From the human T2T-CHM13v2.0 reference genome, Homo sapiens: a stretch of DNA of 64,000 bases. Positions 14,101 through 29,160 of the stretch are shown one piece after another (positions within the stretch are counted from its first letter, which is position 1; each line of letters begins with the position of its first letter). A program made the translations under genes and the position numbers. The DNA lies in the NCBI RefSeq assembly GCF_009914755.1, contig NC_060925.1; one strand, written 5' to 3'. The notes under the pieces were generated by a model. The model was not told the origin of the DNA. It saw only the letters and a program-made list of their open reading frames with translations, and did no database searches.

Positions 14101-17100
14101 ATCGGATGGAAATGAATGGAATCATCATCGAATGGAATCGAATAGAATTATGGAATGAAATCCAGTGTGATCATCATCGAATGGACCCGAATGGAATCAT
14201 CATCCAACGGAAGCTAATGGAATCAACATCGAATGAATCGAATGGAAACACCATCGAATTGTAACGAATGGAATTATCATGAAATTGAAATGGATGGACT
14301 CATCATCGAATGGATTCGAATGGAATCATCGAATAAAATTGATTGAAATCATCATCCAATGGAATCGAATGGTATCATTGAATGGAATCGAATGGAATCA
14401 TCATCAGATGGAAATGAATGGAATCGTCATAGAATGGAATCGAATGGATTCATTGAATGGAATCAGATGGAATCATCGAATGGACTGGAATGGAATCATT
14501 GAATGGACTCGAAAGGGATCATTATTGAATGGAATTGAATGGAATCATCGAATGGTCTCGATTGGAATCATCTTCTAATGGAAAGGAATGGAATCACCGA
14601 ATAGAATCGAATGGAACAATCATCGAATGGACTCAAATGGAATTATCCTCCAATGGAATCGAATGGAATTATCGAATGCAATCGAATGGAATTATCGAAT
14701 GCAATCGAATAGAATCATCGAATGGACTCGAATGGAATCATCGAATGGAATGGAATGGAACAGTCAATGAACTCGAATGGAATCATCATTGAATGGAATC
14801 GAATGGAATCATCGAGTGGAATCGAATGGAATTATGATCAAATGGAATCGAATGTAATCCTCATCAAATGGAATCAAAAATAACCATCATCAATTGGTAT
14901 TGAATGGAATTGTCATCAAATGGAATTCAAAGGAATCATCATCAAATGGAACCGAATGGAATCCTCATTGAATGGAAATGAAAGGGGTCATCATCTAATG
15001 GAATCGCATGGAATCATCATCAAATGGAATCGAATGGAATCATCATCAAATGGAATCTAATGGAATCATTGAACAGAATTGAATGGAATCGTCATCGAAT
15101 GAATTGAATGCAATCATCGAATGGTCTCGAATGGAATCATCTTCTAATGGAAAGGAATGGAATCATCGCATAGAATCGAATGGAATTATCATCGAATGGA
15201 ATCGAATGGTATCAACATCAAACGGAAAAAAACGGAATTATCGAATGGAATCGAAGAGAATCTTCGAACGGACCCGAATGGAATCATCTAATGGAATGGA
15301 ATGGAATAATCCATGGACTCGAATGCAATCATCATCGAATGGAATCGAATGGAATCATCGAATGGACTCGAATGGAATAATCATTGAACGGAATCGAATG
15401 GAATCATCATCGGATGGAAACGAATGGAATCATCATCGAATGGAAATGAAAGGAGTCATCATCTAATGGAATTGCATGGAATCATCATAAAATGGAATCG
15501 AATGGAATCAACATCAAATGGAATCAAATGGAATCATTGAACGGAATTGAATGGAATCGTCATCGAATGAATTGACTGCAATCATCGAATGGTCTCGAAT
15601 GGAATCATCTTCAAATGGAATGGAATGGAATCATCGCATAGAATCGAATGGAATTATCATCGAATGGAATCGAATGGAATCAACATCAAACGGAAAAAAA
15701 CGGAATTATCGAATGGAATCGAAGAGAATCATCGAATGGACCCGAATGGAATCATCTAATGGAATGGAATGGAATAATCCATGCACTCGAATGCAATCAT
15801 CATCGAATGGAATCGAATGGAATCATCGAATGGACTCGAATGGAATAATCATTGAACGGAATCGAATGGAATCATCATCGGATGGAAATGAATGGAATCA
15901 TCATCGAATGGAATCGAATAGAATTATGGAATGAAATCCAGTGTGATCATCATCGAATGGACCCGAATGGAATCATCATCCAACGGAAGCTAATGGAATC
16001 AACATCGAATGAATCGAATGGAAACACCATCGAATTGAAACGAATGGAATTATCATGAAATTGAAATGGATGGACTCATCATCGAATGGATTCGAATGGA
16101 ATCATCGAATAAAATTGATTGAAATCATCATCCAATGGAATCGAATGGTATCATTGAATGGAATCGAATGGAATCATCATCAGATGGAAATGAATGGAAT
16201 CGTCATAGAATGGAATCGAATGGATTCATTGAATGGAATCAGATGGAATCATCGAATGGACTGGAATGGAATCATTGAATGGACTCGAAAGGGATCATGA
16301 TTGAATGGAATTGAATGGAATCATCGAATGGTCTCGATTGGAATCATAATCAAATGGAATGGAATGGAATCACCGAATAGAATCGAATGGAACAATCATC
16401 GAATGGACTCAAATGGAATTATCCTCCAATGGAATCGAATGGAATTATCGAATGCAATCGAATGGAATTATCGAATGCAATCGAATAGAATCATCGAATG
16501 GACTCGAATGGAATCATCGAATGGAATGGAATGGAACAGTCAATGAACTCGAATGGAATCATCATTGAATGGAATCGAATGGAATCATCGAGTGGAATCG
16601 AATGGAATTATGATCAAATGGAATCGAATGTAATCCTCATCAAATGGAATCAAAAATAACCATCATCAATTGGTATTGAATGGAATTGTCATCAAATGGA
16701 ATTCAAAGGAATCATCATCAAATGGAACCGAATGGAATCCTCATTGAATGGAAATGAAAGGGGTCATCATCTAATGGAATCGCATGGAATCATCATCAAA
16801 TGGAATCGAATGGAATCATCATCAAATGGAATCTAATGGAATCATTGAACAGAATTGAATGGAATCGTCATCGAATGAATTGAATGCAATCATCGAATGG
16901 TCTCGAATGGAATCATCTTCTAATGGAAAGGAATGGAATCATCGCATAGAATCGAATGGAATTATCATCGAATGGAATCGAATGGTATCAACACCAAACG
17001 GAAAAAAACGGAATTATCGAATGGAATCGAAGAGAATCTTCGAACGGACCCGAATGGAATCATCTAATGGAATGGAATGGAATAATCCATGGACTCGAAT

Positions 17101-20100
17101 GCAATCATCATCGAATGGAATCGAATGGAATCATCGAATGGACTCGAATGGAATAATCATTGAACGGAATCGAATGGAATCATCATCGGATGGAAACGAA
17201 TGGAATCATCATCGAATGGAAATGAAAGGAGTCATCATCTAATGGAATTGCATGGAATCATCATAAAATGGAATCGAATGGAATCAACATCAAATGGAAT
17301 CAAATGGAATCATTGAACGGAATTGAATGAAATCGTCATCGAATGAATTGACTGCAATCATCGAATGGTCTCGAATGGAATCATCTTCAAATGGAATGGA
17401 ATGGAATCATCGCATAGAATCGAATGGAATTATCATCGAATGGAATCGAATGGAATCAACATCAAACGGAAAAAAAAGTAATTATCGAATGGAATCGAAG
17501 AGAATCATCGAATGGACCCGAATGGAATCATCTAATGGAATGGAATGGAATAATCCATGGACTCGAATGCAATCATCATCGAATGGAATCGAATGGAATC
17601 ATCGAATGGACTCGAATGGAATAATCATTGAACGGAATCGAATGGAATCATCATCGGATGGAAATGAATGGAATCATCATCGAATGGAATCGAATAGAAT
17701 TATGGAATGAAATCCAGTGTGATCATCATCGAATGGACCCGAATGGAATCATCATCCAACGGAAGCTAATGGAATCAACATCGAATGAATCAAATGGAAA
17801 CACCATCGAATTGAAACGAATGGAATTACCATGAAATTGAAATGGATGGACTCATCATCAAATGGATTCGAGTGGAATCATCGAATAAAATTGATTGAAA
17901 TCATCATCGAATGGAATCGAATGGTATCATTGAATGGAATCGAATGGAATCATCATCAGATGGAAATGAAAGGAATCGTCATAGAATGGAATCGAATGGA
18001 TTCATTGAATGGAATCAGATGGAATCATTGAATGGACTGGAATGGAATCATTGAATGGACTCGAAAGGGATCATGATTGAATGGAATTGAATGGAATCAT
18101 CGAATGGTCTCGATTGGAATCATTATCAAATGGAATCGAATGGAATCACCGAATAGAATCGAATGGAACAATCATCTAATGGACTCAAATGGAATTATCC
18201 TCAAATGGAATCGAATGGAATTATCGAATGCAATCGAATGGAATTATCGAATGCAATCGAAGAGAATCATCGAATGGACTCGAATGGAATCATCGAATGG
18301 AATGGAATGGAACAGTCAATGAACTCGAATGGAATCATCATTGAATGGAATCGAATGGAATCATCGAGTGGAATCGAATGGAATTATGATCAAATGGAAT
18401 CGAATGTAATCATCATCAAATGGAATCAAAAATAACCATCATCAATTGGTATTGAATGGAATTCTCATCAAATGGAATTCAAAGGAATCATCATCAAATG
18501 GAACCGAATGGAATCCTCATTGAATGGAAATGAAAGGGGTCATCATCTAATGGAATCGCATGGAATCATCATCAAATGGAATCGAATGGAATCAACATCA
18601 AATGGAATCTAATGGAATCATTGAACGGAATTGAATGGAATCGTCATCGAATGAATTGAATGCAATCATCGAATGGTCTCGAATGGAATCATCTTCAAAT
18701 GGAATGGAATGGAATCATCGCATAGAATCGAATGGAATTATCATCGAATGGAATCGAATGGAATCAACATCAAACGGAAAAAAACGGAATTATCGAATGG
18801 AATCGAAGAGAATCATCGAATGGACCCGAATGTTATCATCTAATGGAATGGAATGGAATAATCCATGGACTCGAATGCAATCATCATCGAATGGAATCGA
18901 ATGGAATCATCGAATGGACTCGAATGGAATAATCATTGAACGGAATCGAATGGAATCATCATCGGATGGAAACGAATGGAATCATCATCGAATGGAATCG
19001 AATAGATTTATGGAATGAAATCCAGTGTGATCATCATCGAATGGACCCGAATGGAATCATCATCCAACGGAAGCTAATGGAATCAACATCGAATGAATGA
19101 AATGGAAACACCATCGAATTGAAACGAATGGAATTACCATGAAATTGAAATGGATGGACTCATCATCAAATGGATTCGAATGGAATCATCGAATAAAATT
19201 GATTGAAATCATCATCGAATGGAATCGAATGGTATCATTGAATGGAATCGAATGGAATCATCATCAGATGGAAATGAATGGAATCGTCATAGAATGGAAT
19301 CGAATGGATTCATTGAATGGAATCAGATGGAATCAATGAATGGACTGGAATGGAATCATTGAATGGACTCGAAAGGGATCATTATTGAATGGAATTGAAT
19401 GGAATCATCGAATGGTCTCGATTGGAATCATTATCAAATGGAATCGAATGGAATCACCGAATAGAATCGAATGGAACAATCATCGAATGGACTCAAATGG
19501 AATTATCCTCAAATGGAATCGAATGGAATTATCGAATGCAATCGAATGGAATTATCGAATGCAATCGAATAGAATCATCGAATGGACTCGAATGGAATCA
19601 TCGAATGGAATGGAATGGAACAGTCAATGAACTCGAATGGAATCATCATTGAATGGAATCGAATGGAATCATCGAGTGGAATCGAATGGAATTATGATCA
19701 AATGGAATGGAATGTAATCATCATCAAATGGAATCAAAAATAACCATCATCAATTGGTATTGAATGGAATTGTCATCAAATGGAATTCAAAGGAATCATC
19801 ATCAAATGGAACCGAATGGAATCCTCATTGAATGGAAATGAAAGGGGTCATCATCTAATGGAATCGCATGGAATCATCATCAAATGGAATCGAATGGAAT
19901 CATCATCAAATGGAATCTAATGGAATCATTGAAAAGAATTGAATGGAATCGTCATCGAATGAATTGAATGCAATCATCGAATGGTCTCGAATGGAATCAT
20001 CTTCTAATGGAAAGGAATGGAATCATCGCATAGAATCGAATGGAATTATCATCGAATGGAATCGAATGGTATCAACACCAAACGGAAAAAAACGGAATTA

Positions 20101-23100
20101 TCGAATGGAATCGAAGAGAATCTTCGAACGGACCCGAATGGAATCATCTAATGGAATGGAATGGAATAATCCATGGACTCGAATGCAGTCATCATCGAAT
20201 GGAATCGAATGGAATCATCGAATGGACTCGAATGGAATAATCATTGAACGGAATCGAATGGAATCATCATCGGATGGAAATGAATGGAATCATCATCGAA
20301 TGGAATCGAATAGAATTATGGAATGAAATCCAGTGTGATCATCATCGAATGGACCCGAATGGAATCTTCATCCAACGGAAGCTAATGGAATCAACATCGA
20401 ATGAATCGAATGGAAACACCATCGAATTGAAACGAAAGGAATTATCATGAAATTGAAATGGATGGACTCATCATCGAATGGATTCGAATGGAATCATCGA
20501 ATAAAAGTGATTGAAATCATTATCGAATGGAATCGAATGGTATCATTGAATGGAATCGAATGGAATCATCATCAGATGGAAATGAATGGAATCGTCATAG
20601 AATGGAATCGAATGGATTCATTGAATGGAATCAGATGGAATCATTGAATGGACTGGAATGGAATCATTGAATGGACTCGAAAGGGATCATTATTGAATGG
20701 AATTGAATGGAATCATCGAATGGTCTCCATTGGAATCATTATCAAATGGAATCGAATGGAATCACCGAATAGAATCGAATGGAACAATCATCGAATGGAC
20801 TCAAATGGAATTATCCTCCAATGGAATCGAATGGAATTATCGAATGCAATCGAATGGAATTATCGAATGCAATCGAATAGAATCATCGAATGGACTCGAA
20901 TGGAATCATCGAATGGAATGGAATGGAACAGTCAATGAACTCGAATGGAATCATCATTGAATGGAATCGAATGGAATCATCGAGTGGAATCGAAAGGAAT
21001 TATGACCAAATGGAATCGAATGTAATCATAATCAAAGGGAATCAAAAATAACCATCATCAGTTGGTATTGAATGGAATTGTCATCAAATGGAATTCAAAG
21101 GAATCATCATCAAATGGAACCGAATGGAATCCTCATTGAATGGAAATGAAAGGGGTCATCATCTAATGGAATTGCATGGAATCATCATCAAATGGAATCG
21201 AATGGAATCATCATCAAATGGAATCAAATGGAATCATTGAACAGAATTGAATGGAATGGTCATCGAATGAGTTGAATGCAATCATCGAATTGTCTCGAAT
21301 GGAATCATCTTCTAATGGAAAGGAATGGAATCATCGCATAGAATCGAATGGAATTATCATCGAATGGAATCGAATGGTATCAACACCAAACGGAAAAAAA
21401 CGGAATTATCGAATGGAATCGAAGAGAATCTTCGAACGGACCCGAATGGAATCATCTAATGGAATGGAATGGAATAATCCATGGACTCGAATGCAATCAT
21501 CATCGAATGGAATCGAATGGAATCATCGAATGGACTCGAATGGAATAATCATTGAACGGAATCGAATGGAATCATCATCGGATGGAAACGAATGGAATCA
21601 TCATCGAATGGAAATGAAAGGAGTCATCATCTAATGGAATTGCATGGAATCATCATAAAATGGAATCGAATGGAATCAACATCAAATGGAATCAAATGGA
21701 ATCATTGAACGGAATTGAATGGAATCGTCATCGAATGAATTGAATGCAATCATCGAATGGTCTCGAATGGAATCATCTTCAAATGGAATGGAATGGAATC
21801 ATCGCATAGAATCGAATGGAATTATCATCGAATGGAATCGAATGGAATCAACATCCAACGGAAAAAAACGGAATTATCGAATGGAATCGAAGAGAATCAT
21901 CGAATGGACCCGAATGGAATCATCTAATGGAATGGAATGGAATAATCCATGGACTCGAATGCAATCATCATCGAATGGAATCGAATGGAATCATCGAATG
22001 GACTCGAATGGAATAATCATTGAACGGAATCGAATGGAATCAATATCGGATGGAAATGAAAGGAGTCATCATCTAATGGAATGGCATGGAATCATCATAA
22101 AATGGAATCGAATGGAATCAACATCAAATGGAATCAAATGGAATCATTGAACGGAATTGAATGGAATCGTCATCGAATGAATTGAATGCAATCATCGAAT
22201 GGTCTCGAATGGAATCATCTTCAAATGGAATGGAATGGAATCATCGCATAGAATCGAATGGAATTATCATCGAATGGAATCGAATGGAATCAACATCAAA
22301 CGGAAAAAAACGGAATTATCGAATGGAATCGAAGAGAATCATCGAATGGACCCGAATGGAATCATCTAATGGAATGGAATGGAATAATCCATGGACTCGA
22401 ATGCAATCATCATCGAATGGAATCGAATGGAATCATCCAATGGACTCGAATGGAATAATCATTGAACGGAATCGAATGGAATCATCATCGGATGCAAATG
22501 AATGGAATCATCATCGAATGGAATCGAATAGAATTATGGAATGAAATCCAGTGTGATCATCATCGAATGGACCCGAATGGAATCATCATCCAACGGATGC
22601 TAATGGAATCAACATCGAATGAATCAAATGGAAACACCATCGAATTGAAACGTATGGAATTACCATGAAATTGAAATGGATGGACTCATCATCGAATGGA
22701 TTCGAAAGGAATCAACGAATAAAATTGATTGAAATCATCATCGAATGGAATCGAATGGTATCATTGAATGGAATCGAATGGAATCATCATCAGATGGAAA
22801 TGAATGGAATCGTCATAGAATGGAATCGAATGGATTCATTGAATGGAATCAGATGGAATCATCGAATGGACTGGAATGGAATCATTGAATGGACTCGAAA
22901 GAGATCATGATTGAATGGAATTGAATGGAATCATCGAATGGTCTCGATTGGAATCATTATCAAATGGAATCGAATGGAATCACCGAATAGAATCGAATGG
23001 AACAATCATCGAATGGACTCAAATGGAATTATCCTCAAATGGAATCGAATGGAATTATCGAATGCAATCGAATGGAATTATCGAATGCAATCGAATAGAA

Positions 23101-26100
23101 TCATCGAATGGACTCGAATGGAATCATCGAATGGAATGGAATGGAACAGTCAATGAACTCGAATGGAATCATCATTGAATGGAATCGAATGGAATCATCG
23201 AGTGGAATCGAATGGAATTATGATCAAATGGAATCGAATGTAATCATCTTCAAATGGAATCAAAAATAACCATCATCAATTGGTATTGAATGGAATTGTC
23301 ATGAAATGGAATTCAAAGGAATCATCATCAAATGGAACCGAATGGAATCCTCATTGAATGGAAATGAAAGGGGTCATCATCTAATGGAATCGCATGGAAT
23401 CATCATCAAATGGAATCGAATGGAATCATCATCAAATGGAATCTAAAGGAATCATTGAACAGAATTTAATGGAATCGTCATTGAATGAATTGAATGCAAT
23501 CATCGAATGGTCTCGAATGGAACCATCTTCTAATGGAAAGGAATGGAATCATCGCATAGAATCGAATGGAATTGTCATCGAATGGAATCGAATGGTATCA
23601 ACACCAAACGGAAAAAAACGGAATTATCGAATGGAATCGAAGAGAATCTTCGAACGGACCCGAATGGAATCATCTAATGGAATGGAATGGAATAATCCAA
23701 GGACTCGAATGCAATCATCATCGAATGGAATCGAATGGAATCATCGAATGGACTCGAATGGAATAATCATTGAACGGAATCGAATGGAATCATCATCGGA
23801 TGGAAACGAATGGAATCATCATCGAATGGGAATGAAAGGAGTCATCATCTAATGGAATTGCATGGAATCATCATAAAATGGAATCGAATGGAATCAACAT
23901 CAAATGGAATCAAATGGAATCATTGAACGGAATTGAATGGAATCGTCATCGAATGAATTGAATGCAATCATCGAATGGTCTCGAATGGAATCATCTTCAA
24001 ATGGAATGGAATGGAATCATCGCATAGAATCGAATGGAATTATCATCGAATGGAATCGAATGGAATCAACACCAAACGGAAAAAAACGGAATTATCAAAT
24101 GGAATCGAAGAGAATCATCGAATGGACCCAAATGGAATCATCTAATGGAATGGAATGGAATAATCCATGGACTCGAATGCAATCATCATCGAATGGAATC
24201 GAATGGAATCATCGAATGGACTCGAATGGAATAATCATTGAACGGAATCAAATGGAATCATCATCGGATGGAAATGAATGGAATCGTCATCGAATGGAAT
24301 CGAATAGAATTATGGAATGAAATCCAGTGTGATCATCATCGAATGGACCTGAATGGAATCATCATCCAATGGAAGCTAATGGAATCAACATCGAATGAAT
24401 CAAATTGAAACACCATCGAATTGAAACGAATGGAATTATCATGAAATTGAAATGGATGGACTCATCATCGAATGGATTCGAATGGAATCATCGAATAAAA
24501 TTGATTGAAATCATCATCGAATGGAATCGAATGGTATCATTGAATGGAATCGAATGGAATCATCATCAGATGGAAATGAATGGAATCGTCATAGAATGGA
24601 ATCGAATGGATTCATTGAATGGAATCAGATGGAATCATCGAATGGACTGGAATGGAATCATTGAATGGACTCGAAAGAGATCATGATTGAATGGAATTGA
24701 ATGGAATCATCGAATGGTCTCGATTGGAATCATTATCAAATGGAATCGAATGGAATCACCGAATAGAATCGAATGGAACAATCATCGAATGGACTCAAAT
24801 GGAATTATCCTCAAATGGAATCGAATGGAATTATCGAATGCAATCGAATGGAATTATCGAATGCAATCGAATAGAATCATCGAATGGACTCGAATGGAAT
24901 CATCGAATGGAATGGAATGGAACAGTCAATGAACTCGTATGGAATCATCATTGAATGGAATCGAATGGAATCATCGAGTGGAATCGAATGGAATTATGAT
25001 CAAATGGAATCGAATGTAATCATCATCAAATGGAATCAAAAATAACCATCATCAATTGGAATTGAATGGAATTGTCATCAAATGGATTTCAAAGGAAACA
25101 TCATCAAATGGAACCGAATGGAATCCTCATTGAATGGAAATGAAAGGGGTCATCATCTAATGGAATCGCATGGAATCATCATCAAATGGAATCGAATGGA
25201 ATCATCATCAAATGGAATCTAATGGAATCATTGAACAGAATTTAATGGAATCGTCATCGAATGAATTGAATGCAATCATCGAATGGTCTCGAATGGAACC
25301 ATCTTCTAAAGGAAAGGAATGGAATCATCGCATAGAATCGAATGGAATTATCATCGAATGGAATCGAATGGTATCAACACCAAACGGAAAAAAACGGAAT
25401 TATCGAATGGAATCGAAGAGAATCTTCGAACGGACCCGAATGGAATCATCTAATGGAATGGAATGGAATAATCCATGGACTCGAATGCAATCATCATCGA
25501 ATGGAATCGAATGGAATCATCGAATGGACTCGAATGGAATAATCATTGAACGGAATCGAATGGAATCATCATCGGATGGAAACGAATGGAATCATCATCG
25601 AATGGGAATGAAAGGAGTCATCATCTAATGGAATTGCATGTAATCATCATAAAATGGAATCGAATGGAATCAACATCAAATGGAATCAAATGGAATCATT
25701 GAACGGAATTGAATGGAATCGTCATCGAATGAATTAAATGCAATCATCGAATGGTCTCGAATGGAATCATCTTCAAATGGAATGGAATGGAATCATCGCA
25801 TAGAATCGAATGGAATTATCATCGAATGGAATCGAATGGAATCAACACCAAACGGAAAAAAACGGAATTATCGAATGGAATCGAAGAGAATCATCGAATG
25901 GACCCGAATGGAATCATCTAATGGAATGGAATGGAATAATCCATGGACTCGAATGCAATCATCATCGAATGGAATCGAATGGAATCATCGAATGGACTCG
26001 AATGGAATAATCATTGAACGGAATCAAATGGAATCATCATCGGATGGAAATGAATGGAATCGTCATCGAATGGAATCGAATAGAATTATGGAATGAAATC

Positions 26101-28770
26101 CAGTGTGATCATCATCGAATGGACCTGAATGGAATCATCATCCAACGGAAGCTAATGGAATCAACATCGAATGAATCAAATGGAAACACCATCGAATTGA
26201 AACGAATGGAATTACCATGAAATTGAAATGGATGGACTCATCATCGAATGGATTCGAATGGAATCATCGAATAAAATTGATTGAAATCATCATCGAATGG
26301 AATCGAATGGTATCATTGAATGGAATCAAATGGAATCATCATCAGATGGAAATGAATGGAATCGTCATAGAATGGAATCGAATGGATTCATTGAATGGAA
26401 TCAGATGGAATCATTGAATGGACTGTAATGGAATCATTGAATGGACTCGAAAGGGATCATTATTGAATGGAATTGAATGGAATCATCGAATGGTCTCGAT
26501 TGGAATCATTATCAAATGGAATCGAATGGAATCACCGAATAGAATCGAATGGAACAATCATCGAATGGACTCAAATGGAATTATCCTCAAATGGAATCGA
26601 ATGGAATTATCGAATGCAATCGAATGGAATTATCGAATGCAATCGAATAGAATCATCGAATGGACTCGAATGGAATCATCGAATGGAATGGAATGGAACA
26701 GTCAATGAACTCGAATGGAATCATCATTGAATGGAATCGAATGGAATCATCGAGTGGAATCGAAAGGAATTATGACCAAATGGAATCGAATGTAATCATC
26801 ATCAAATGGAATCAAAAATAACCATCATCAATTGGTATTGAATGGAATTGTCATGAAATGGAATTCAAAGGAATCATCATCAAATGGAACCGAATGGAAT
26901 CCTCATTGAATGGAAATGAAAGGGGTCATCATCTAATGGAATCGCATGGAATCATCATCAAATGGAATCGAATGGAATCATCATCAAATGGAATCTAATG
27001 GAATCATTGAAAAGAATTGAATGGAATCGTCATCGAATGAATTGAATGCAATCATCGAATGGTCTCGAATGGAATCATCTTCAAATGGAATGGAATGGAA
27101 TCATCGCATAGAATCGAATGGAATTATCATCGAATGGAATCGAATGGAATCAACATCTAACGGAAAAAAACGGAATTATCGAATGGAATCGAAGAGAATC
27201 ATCGAATGGACCCGAATGGAATCATCTAATGGAATGGAATGGAATAATCCATGGACTCGAATGCAATCATCATCGAATGGAATCGAATGGAATCATCGAA
27301 TGGACTCGAATGGAATAATCATTGAACGGAATCGAATGGAATCATCATCGGATGGAAATGAAAGGAGTCATCATCTAATGGAATTGCATGGAATCATCAT
27401 AAAATGGAATCGAGTGGAATCAACATCAAATGGAATCAAATGGAATCATTGAACGGAATTGAATGGAATCGTCATCGAATGAATTGAATGCAATCATCGA
27501 ATGGTCTCGAATGGAATCATCTTCAAATGGAATGGAATGGAATCATCGCATAGAATCGAATGGAATTATCATCGAATGGAATCGAATGGAATCAACATCA
27601 AACGGAAAAATACGGAATTATCGAATGGAATCGAAGAGAATCATCGAATGGACCCGAATGGAATCATCTAATGGAATGGAATGGAATAATCCATGGACTC
27701 GAATGCAATCATCATCGAATGGAATCGAATGGAATCATCCAATGGACTCGAATGGAATAATCATTGAACGGAATCGAATGGAATCATCATCGGATGGAAA
27801 TGAATGGAATCATCATCGAATGGAATCGAATAGAATTATGGAATGAAATCCAGTGTGATCATCATCGAATGGACCCAAATGGAATCATCATCCAACGGAT
27901 GCTAATGGAATCAACATCGAATGAATCAAATGGAAACACCATCGAATTGAAACGAATGGAATTACCATGAAATTGAAATGGATGGACTCATCATCGAATG
28001 GATTCGAAAGGAATCATCGAATAAAATTGATTGAAATCATCATCGAATGGAATCGAATGGTATCATTGAATGGAATCGAATGGAATCATCATCAGATGGA
28101 AATGAATGGAATCGTCATAGAATGGAATCGAATGGATTCATTGAATGGAATCAGATGGAATCATCGAATGGACTGGAATGGAATCATTGAATGGACTCGA
28201 AAGAGATCATGATTTAATGGAATTGAATGGAATCATCGAATGGTCTCGATTGGAATCATTATCAAATGGAATCGAATGGAATCACCGAATAGAATCGAAT
28301 GGAACAATCATCGAATGGACTCAAATGGAATTATCCTCAAATGGAATCGAATGGAATTATCGAATGCAATCGAATGGAATTATCGAATGCAATCGAATAG
28401 AATCATCGAATGGACTCGAATGGATTCATCGAATGGAATGGAATGGAAAAGTCAATGAACACGAATGGAATCATCACTGAATGGAATCGAATGGAATCAT
28501 CGAGTGGAATCGAATGGAATTATGATCAAATGGAATCGAATGTAATCGTCATCAAATGGAATCAAAAATAACCATCATCAATTGGTATTGAATGGAATTG
28601 TTATCAAATGGAATTCAAAGGAATCATCATCAAATGGAACTGAATGGAATCCTCATTGAATGGAAATGAAAGGGGTCATCATCTAATGGAATAGCATGGA
28701 ATAATCATCAAATGGAATCGAATGGAATCATCATCAAATGGAATCTAATGGAATCATTGAAAAGAATTGA

Positions 28771-29160
28771 ATGGAATCATCATCGAATGAATTGAATGCA
28801 ATCATCGAATGGTCTCGAATGGAATCATCTTCTAATGGAAAGGAATGGAATCATCGCATAGAATCGAATGGAATTAACATTGAATGGACTCGAATGGAAT
28901 CAACATCAAATGGAATCAAGCGGAATTATCGAATGAAATCGAAGAGAATCATCGAATGGACTCGAATGGAATCATCTAGTGGAATGGAATGGAATAATCC
29001 ACGGACTCGAATGCAATCATCATCGTATAGAATCGAATGGAATCATCGAATGGACTCGAATGGAATAACCATTGAACGGAATCAAATGGAATCATCATCG
29101 GATGGAAACGAATGGAATCATCATCTAATGGAAATGAAAGGAGTCATCATCTAATGGAAT
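28771..29160 (+). repeat. Divergent module variant C, type C1
   Basis: GGAATTAACATTGAATGGACTC, AAATGGAATCAAGCGG in place of AAACGGAAAAAAACGG, GAATGAAATCGAAGAG, ATCCACGG, CGTATAGAATC, ATAACCATTG. Confidence 0.88.
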
